NCBI GenBank assembly: GCA_965649055.1
Contig: CBFGJG010000038.1
Span: forward strand, 1-20,576
Length of the DNA stretch: 20,576 bases
Direction of reading: 5' to 3'
Source of the DNA: a candidate division WOR-3 bacterium
Lineage (GTDB): Bacteria; Hydrothermota; UBA3072; B12-G15
Both the position numbers and the translations under genes were made by a program. Shown piece after piece: positions 16,835-20,576 of the stretch. Positions within the stretch are counted from its first letter, which is position 1. Each line of letters opens with the position of its first letter. The notes under the pieces were generated by a model. The model searched no databases. It was not told where the DNA came from and saw only the letters and a list, made by a program, of their open reading frames with translations.

Positions 16835-17626
16835 TTGAATCTTATCTTTTTATTAATTTCAATCATTGAAGTTTACTTTTCACCAAAAGGTGGTTGTAAG
16901 GATGCAATTATAAGGGAGATAAAAAACGCAGAAAAAACTATCTATATTGCTATGTATGTTCTATCAGAAGATGAGATTATAGAAGAATTGATTAACGCGA
17001 AGAAAAGAAAGGTTGATGTTAAAATATTACTTGACTGGGAAGGTGTTGAAGGTGGTTATACAAGGGAAATGAAGATGAGGAAGGCAGGTATAGAAATAAG
17101 GATAGCAAAAAGAAAAGAGAATGCGAATATGCATAATAAATTTGCAGTTATAGATGGTAAGATTGTTATAACAGGTTCTTATAACTGGACAAGAAATGCA
17201 GAAGAACTTAATGATGAAAACCTATTAATAATTAAAGATGAATCCGAAATAGCAAAGAAATTTCAGGAATATTTCTTGAAAAAATTCAAAGAAGGTAGTG
17301 TTTCAGATGTAATAGGGAAATATGTGAATGGTAATGATAAGAAAGAAGTGAAGAAATATGTTGGAAAATATGCATATGTTGTTGGTAAGGTTTATAAATA
17401 TAACATATCAAAAAGTGGAAATCTATTTATAGATTTTGGAAAGACTAAGGAATCTTTCACATTCGTTATGTGGAAAGAAGGGGTGAATAAACTTAAAGAA
17501 AGGGGATTTGATTTCACCAAGCTGAAGAATTCGAAAGTAAGAGTATACGGTAAAATAATAGACCATCCTAAATATGGGCTTGAGATAACAACAGATGACC
17601 CTGATGCATTGATAATATTAGAATGA
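16835..17626 (+). CDS. Phospholipase D-superfamily nuclease (Nuc-like, single HKD) with a C-terminal OB-fold-like domain
   Basis: VYFSP.GG, IYIAMY and MHNKFAVIDGKIVITGSYNWT..A...NDEN (HxKxxxxD...GSxN). The C-terminus has the YVGK...GKV...FIDFG...VRVYGKI pattern. TTG start with AAAGGA upstream. Confidence 0.85.
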   Translation: MNLIFLLISIIEVYFSPKGGCKDAIIREIKNAEKTIYIAMYVLSEDEIIEELINAKKRKVDVKILLDWEGVEGGYTREMKMRKAGIEIRIAKRKENANMHNKFAVIDGKIVITGSYNWTRNAEELNDENLLIIKDESEIAKKFQEYFLKKFKEGSVSDVIGKYVNGNDKKEVKKYVGKYAYVVGKVYKYNISKSGNLFIDFGKTKESFTFVMWKEGVNKLKERGFDFTKLKNSKVRVYGKIIDHPKYGLEITTDDPDALIILE

Positions 17627-18177
17627 TACAATTGATAAATGCATATAAAGATAAAAAGAAGATAGAAAATCTTCATAATTTTTTGAAAAAATATAGTGAT
17701 GTTTATTTAAGTGATGATTTTATTTTAAGAAAGAATATTTCAGGTGTTGTGATATCAGGTTCTGAAAGATTCGTCTCAGAATGTGAATATGAAGATGAAT
17801 GGATTGATTTTGTTAGGAATTCAGAGATTCCAGTCCTTGGTATCTGTTATGGTATGCAATTGATTTCTTACTCATTCGAAGCAATCCTTGAAAAGAAAGA
17901 AAGGATAAAGGGTTTAAGGAAAATAAATATAATAAAGAAAGAAGGAATCTTTGAAGGTTTACCAGAAGAACCATATTTACCCGAAAGCCATTATGAAAGG
18001 GTTATCGGTGTAAGTGATATCCAGGAAATAACTGCGATTTCAAAGACTGGAATAGAAGGAATAGAAATAAAAGATAGAAAGATATTCGGGACACAATTTC
18101 ATTTTGAAAGGTCAAGAAAATATGGGGGAATAATAATAAAAAATTTTCTTAGAATCATAGATGAAAAGTCTCATTAA
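17623..18177 (+). CDS. Stand-alone class I glutamine amidotransferase-like protein (GuaA-A/peptidase C26-like)
   Basis: VISGS, PVLGICYGMQ (catalytic Cys), ESH and GTQFHFE (His-x-Glu) motifs. ATGA overlap with the PLD gene. Confidence 0.85.
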   Translation: MIQLINAYKDKKKIENLHNFLKKYSDVYLSDDFILRKNISGVVISGSERFVSECEYEDEWIDFVRNSEIPVLGICYGMQLISYSFEAILEKKERIKGLRKINIIKKEGIFEGLPEEPYLPESHYERVIGVSDIQEITAISKTGIEGIEIKDRKIFGTQFHFERSRKYGGIIIKNFLRIIDEKSH

Positions 18178-19225
18178 AAAAATAATTCTATTTTCCCCTT
18201 TGATATTTATGGTTTATTATGTCTATATAAGAGATTTAACCTCAAATCTTCCATTTATCCTGTCAAATAAAAATAATTTTATAGTAAAAGAAGATGGATA
18301 TTACCTAAGATTGAATCTATGGAAAATAAAAAAAGATTTCAAACTAACCATTGATAAAGAATTACAAGAAATGGTAGAAGAAAATTTTAACAGATTTAAT
18401 AAAACAGATTATATTGTATTTTTTCTTATGGATTTGAAGAAAAAGGAGATAGTTTCATTTTATGAGAAAGGCGGAATTTACAATAAACCATTAGTTGCAG
18501 CATCTTTATTCAAGATAATAACAACCATTGCTGCATTATCTTCAGGCGAATTCGGATTTTACGATTACGTTTCCTATAAAGGTAGTCCACATTCTTCAAA
18601 ACCTTATGAATGGGTAAAAGGTGATGAGAAACTTATCAGTATCAAGGATGCATTTGGCACATCAAATAATCCGGCATATGGTGTTATTGGCAGGAAGATA
18701 GGTATTGAGAGAATAAAAAGAGTATCAGAGAAATTGTATCTTGGGGGTGGAATTAGATTCATAAACACAGGTTTTATAATAGACACAACATCAATTGAGA
18801 AATTATCATCAGGGCTTGCAGGTTCTTATTTTTCACCAATATATACTATGTTGTTAACAGCAGGTATAGGTAATAATGGGGAATTTTTTATTCCAAGGAT
18901 GATTAAGGATTCAGATGTCTATTCCTTCGGAAGGATTATAGATGAAGATATTGTATATTCAATAGTAAGGTATTCTCAGAGCACCACAACAAACGGGACT
19001 TCGAGAAGGTCCTATCAGAGGATTAAATCAGAGATTAAAATGGGTGGTAAAACAGGTTCACTCACAGGTTATGAACCATTTGGTAAATATGAATGGTTTG
19101 TTGGTTGGGCACCTGTAGATAATCCTGAAGTATGTGTTGTAGTCCTTGGAATATTTGATAAGTTGAAAGAATTCTATCCCAATGAAACAGGTCTTTATTT
19201 TATGAAGATATATCTTGAAAAATAA
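18161..19225 (+). CDS. Compact penicillin-binding transpeptidase-domain protein with an N-terminal membrane anchor
   Basis: LTIDKELQ, SxxK (ASLFK), SxN (TSNN), KTG (GKTGS) and WFVGWAP..NPE motifs. One N-terminal hydrophobic segment. Confidence 0.85.
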   Translation: MKSLIKKIILFSPLIFMVYYVYIRDLTSNLPFILSNKNNFIVKEDGYYLRLNLWKIKKDFKLTIDKELQEMVEENFNRFNKTDYIVFFLMDLKKKEIVSFYEKGGIYNKPLVAASLFKIITTIAALSSGEFGFYDYVSYKGSPHSSKPYEWVKGDEKLISIKDAFGTSNNPAYGVIGRKIGIERIKRVSEKLYLGGGIRFINTGFIIDTTSIEKLSSGLAGSYFSPIYTMLLTAGIGNNGEFFIPRMIKDSDVYSFGRIIDEDIVYSIVRYSQSTTTNGTSRRSYQRIKSEIKMGGKTGSLTGYEPFGKYEWFVGWAPVDNPEVCVVVLGIFDKLKEFYPNETGLYFMKIYLEK

Positions 19226-19249
19226 AAAAGGGGGATTCTTCCCCCTTTT
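19226..19249. terminator. Bidirectional intrinsic terminator between convergent genes
   Basis: AAAAGGGGGA-TTCT-TCCCCCTTTT is a perfect stem with A and T tracts on both sides. It lies between the stops at 19225 (+) and 19255 (-). Confidence 0.85.
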
Positions 19250-19254
19250 AAAAA

Positions 19255-20412
19255 TTAAATCCTTACTGTAAGAGAACCAAGAAGTTTAAATGTTGTGTAT
19301 GTTCCAGGTTCTGTCATACCACTATATTGTTCCTTAGATATACCGAAACTTCCTCCTATATCAAATGAAATCCTGTCTATAACCATACCCATTCCAGCAG
19401 TAAAGATATGCCCTACAATCTGACCATTATCATCATCGTATGTCCTCGGGTCTGTCATATAACCAACCCTTAAAGGTAGTGCAAATTTATCTATATTGAA
19501 CATAAGTTCTGCACCAACCCTTAACTGGTTGCAGTCATATGCATCGGATTCTTCTCCATTTTCTGTCATATTTGAATAAGGTCTTATTTCATAGTCTGCG
19601 GCAATGGTTAATATATTCCCGAGTATCACAGAACCACCAAATCCGAACATAATCGGGAATCCTAATGTATCGCCTTCGTATTCCCCGTCATTAGTAGCAT
19701 TATAATCACCGCTCCACTCATCATTCCAGATTATATGCTGTCTTAATGAATGTGGAAGTCTTACTATTCCACCAAATTTAAACATAGGACTTGCAAAGAG
19801 AGCACCAAGGTTTATACCCAAAGACATTGGGTTATTCTTTTCCCAGTATTCATAAGTGGTATCAAATCCTGTTCCATAGTATCTCTCAAACCAGTAATAT
19901 TTTGGTCCGAATTTCCATATATCAAAACTTGCACCTAATGAGAAAGGACCCATATTAAATCCTATAGCAGGTGTAATAGCAGCCATTGCGCCTTTTAGTT
20001 GTTCATAATAGATATAGGTTGCATCAACAAAGTCAACGGTATCTGTCTCTTCATAATAAGATTCCATAATAGTATGATATGCGAATGAGAAGACAAATCT
20101 CATATTACCTAAGGAAAGTGGATAAACAATCGAACCAAAGTCAAGTGCTACATGGGAATTAGAATAACCATAGTATGCTTCACCTGGATCCCAGTTCTCA
20201 CTTTTAAAACCACCTGAAATTGAAACTTCAGGCCTGATAAGTTGTGCGATACCAGCAGGATTCCATGTGATTGATGTTGCATCATCAGCGATACTTATAA
20301 AGGCACCACCCATACTTAAAGCCCTTGCACCTGAACCCATAAAGTTCCAGTTCCATTCCTGTGCAAAGAAAACCAATGGTAAAACAAGCATTACTAATGA
20401 AAACTTTTTCAT
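19255..20412 (-). CDS. Outer-membrane beta-barrel protein, FadL/OmpP1/PorV-like
   Basis: Signal peptide and the GARALSMGGAFISIADDATSITWNPAG N-terminal motif. Alternating aromatic beta-strands end in the terminal strand LLGSLTVRI. SD AAAGGAGG. Confidence 0.85.
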   Translation of the reverse strand: MKKFSLVMLVLPLVFFAQEWNWNFMGSGARALSMGGAFISIADDATSITWNPAGIAQLIRPEVSISGGFKSENWDPGEAYYGYSNSHVALDFGSIVYPLSLGNMRFVFSFAYHTIMESYYEETDTVDFVDATYIYYEQLKGAMAAITPAIGFNMGPFSLGASFDIWKFGPKYYWFERYYGTGFDTTYEYWEKNNPMSLGINLGALFASPMFKFGGIVRLPHSLRQHIIWNDEWSGDYNATNDGEYEGDTLGFPIMFGFGGSVILGNILTIAADYEIRPYSNMTENGEESDAYDCNQLRVGAELMFNIDKFALPLRVGYMTDPRTYDDDNGQIVGHIFTAGMGMVIDRISFDIGGSFGISKEQYSGMTEPGTYTTFKLLGSLTVRI

Positions 20413-20429
20413 ACAACCTCCTTTTTTAT

Positions 20430-20458
20430 ATTATAAATAATTTTTAAAGAATTTGCAA
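20430..20458 (-). promoter_or_regulatory. Putative sigma70 promoter for the outer-membrane barrel gene
   Basis: On the minus strand: TTGCAA (20458-20453), 17-nt spacer, TATAAT (20435-20430), followed by the SD and ATG 20412. Confidence 0.6.
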
Positions 20459-20477
20459 GAAAATTTTTATTTTGTAA

Positions 20478-20576
20478 TGGAAAAGATCATGCACATGGTG
20501 GTACAGTTAAGATAGTGAAGATAGGGGTAATGAATGAAGAGAGGATTGCCCGGGGGAGGGCAATCCTCAAAGGAGT
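20478..20576 (+). repeat. Right copy of the 99-bp terminal inverted repeat (partner 6-104)
   Basis: 97/99 identical to the reverse complement of 6-104. Contains the hairpin GAGGATTGCCC-GGGGGA-GGGCAATCCTC (20541-20568) followed by AAAGGAG, and runs off the window end. Confidence 0.95.

Noticed and set aside
16835..17626. PLD nuclease as part of an anti-phage system (for example DISARM DrmC or a restriction enzyme)
   Set aside because: There are no helicase, methylase or other defence genes nearby, and the hydrophobic N-terminus suggests export.
1833..19938. Other short ORFs of 60-123 aa lying antisense within long genes (for example 1833-2072, 12926-13261, 15772-16083, 16129-16500, 19750-19938)
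   Set aside because: They lie within or almost wholly within well-supported CDSs on the opposite strand, have Ser/Phe/Ile-rich shadow composition, and show no recognisable motifs.
20477..20515. Mini-ORF MEKIMHMVVQLR at the inner edge of the right repeat
   Set aside because: Its ATG depends on a base outside the repeat, it has no SD, and the stop codon is not conserved in the left copy (TAG versus GAG).
1..20576. Whole window as a linear plasmid or phage with terminal inverted repeats, or as a self-contained transposon
   Set aside because: The contents are chromosomal envelope and metabolic genes. No replication, terminal-protein, virion or transposase genes are present, and the repeats are truncated at different points by the window edges.

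Overview
AT-rich (roughly 30% GC by eye), gene-dense window from a diderm bacterium using genetic code 11. Gene content and N-terminal style suggest an FCB-related or WOR-3-like lineage, but this is only a guess. The left half (172-9788) is a surface-glycan locus. It holds a large SLBB-repeat polysaccharide export protein and a minus-strand operon (priming sugar transferase, N-acetyltransferase, DegT aminotransferase, Gfo/Idh/MocA oxidoreductase). A divergent plus-strand operon encodes a DUF2905-like protein, a Dpm1-like GT2, a WbbL-like GT2 and a second priming transferase, followed by a TPR protein. The right half holds an SppA protease with an N-terminal beta-barrel-like extension, a split lysine-ketoglutarate reductase / saccharopine dehydrogenase pair, a PLD-nuclease-OB fusion, a stand-alone class I GATase, a compact transpeptidase-only PBP, and a convergent FadL/PorV-like outer-membrane barrel. 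The clearest unexplained structure is a 99-bp inverted repeat (97/99 identical) at the two ends of the window. It contains an 11-bp hairpin and reads outward, and is probably the end of a multicopy element at which the assembly broke. No rRNA, tRNA, CRISPR array or transposase is visible. All protein calls come from motif recognition by eye, not from database searches.
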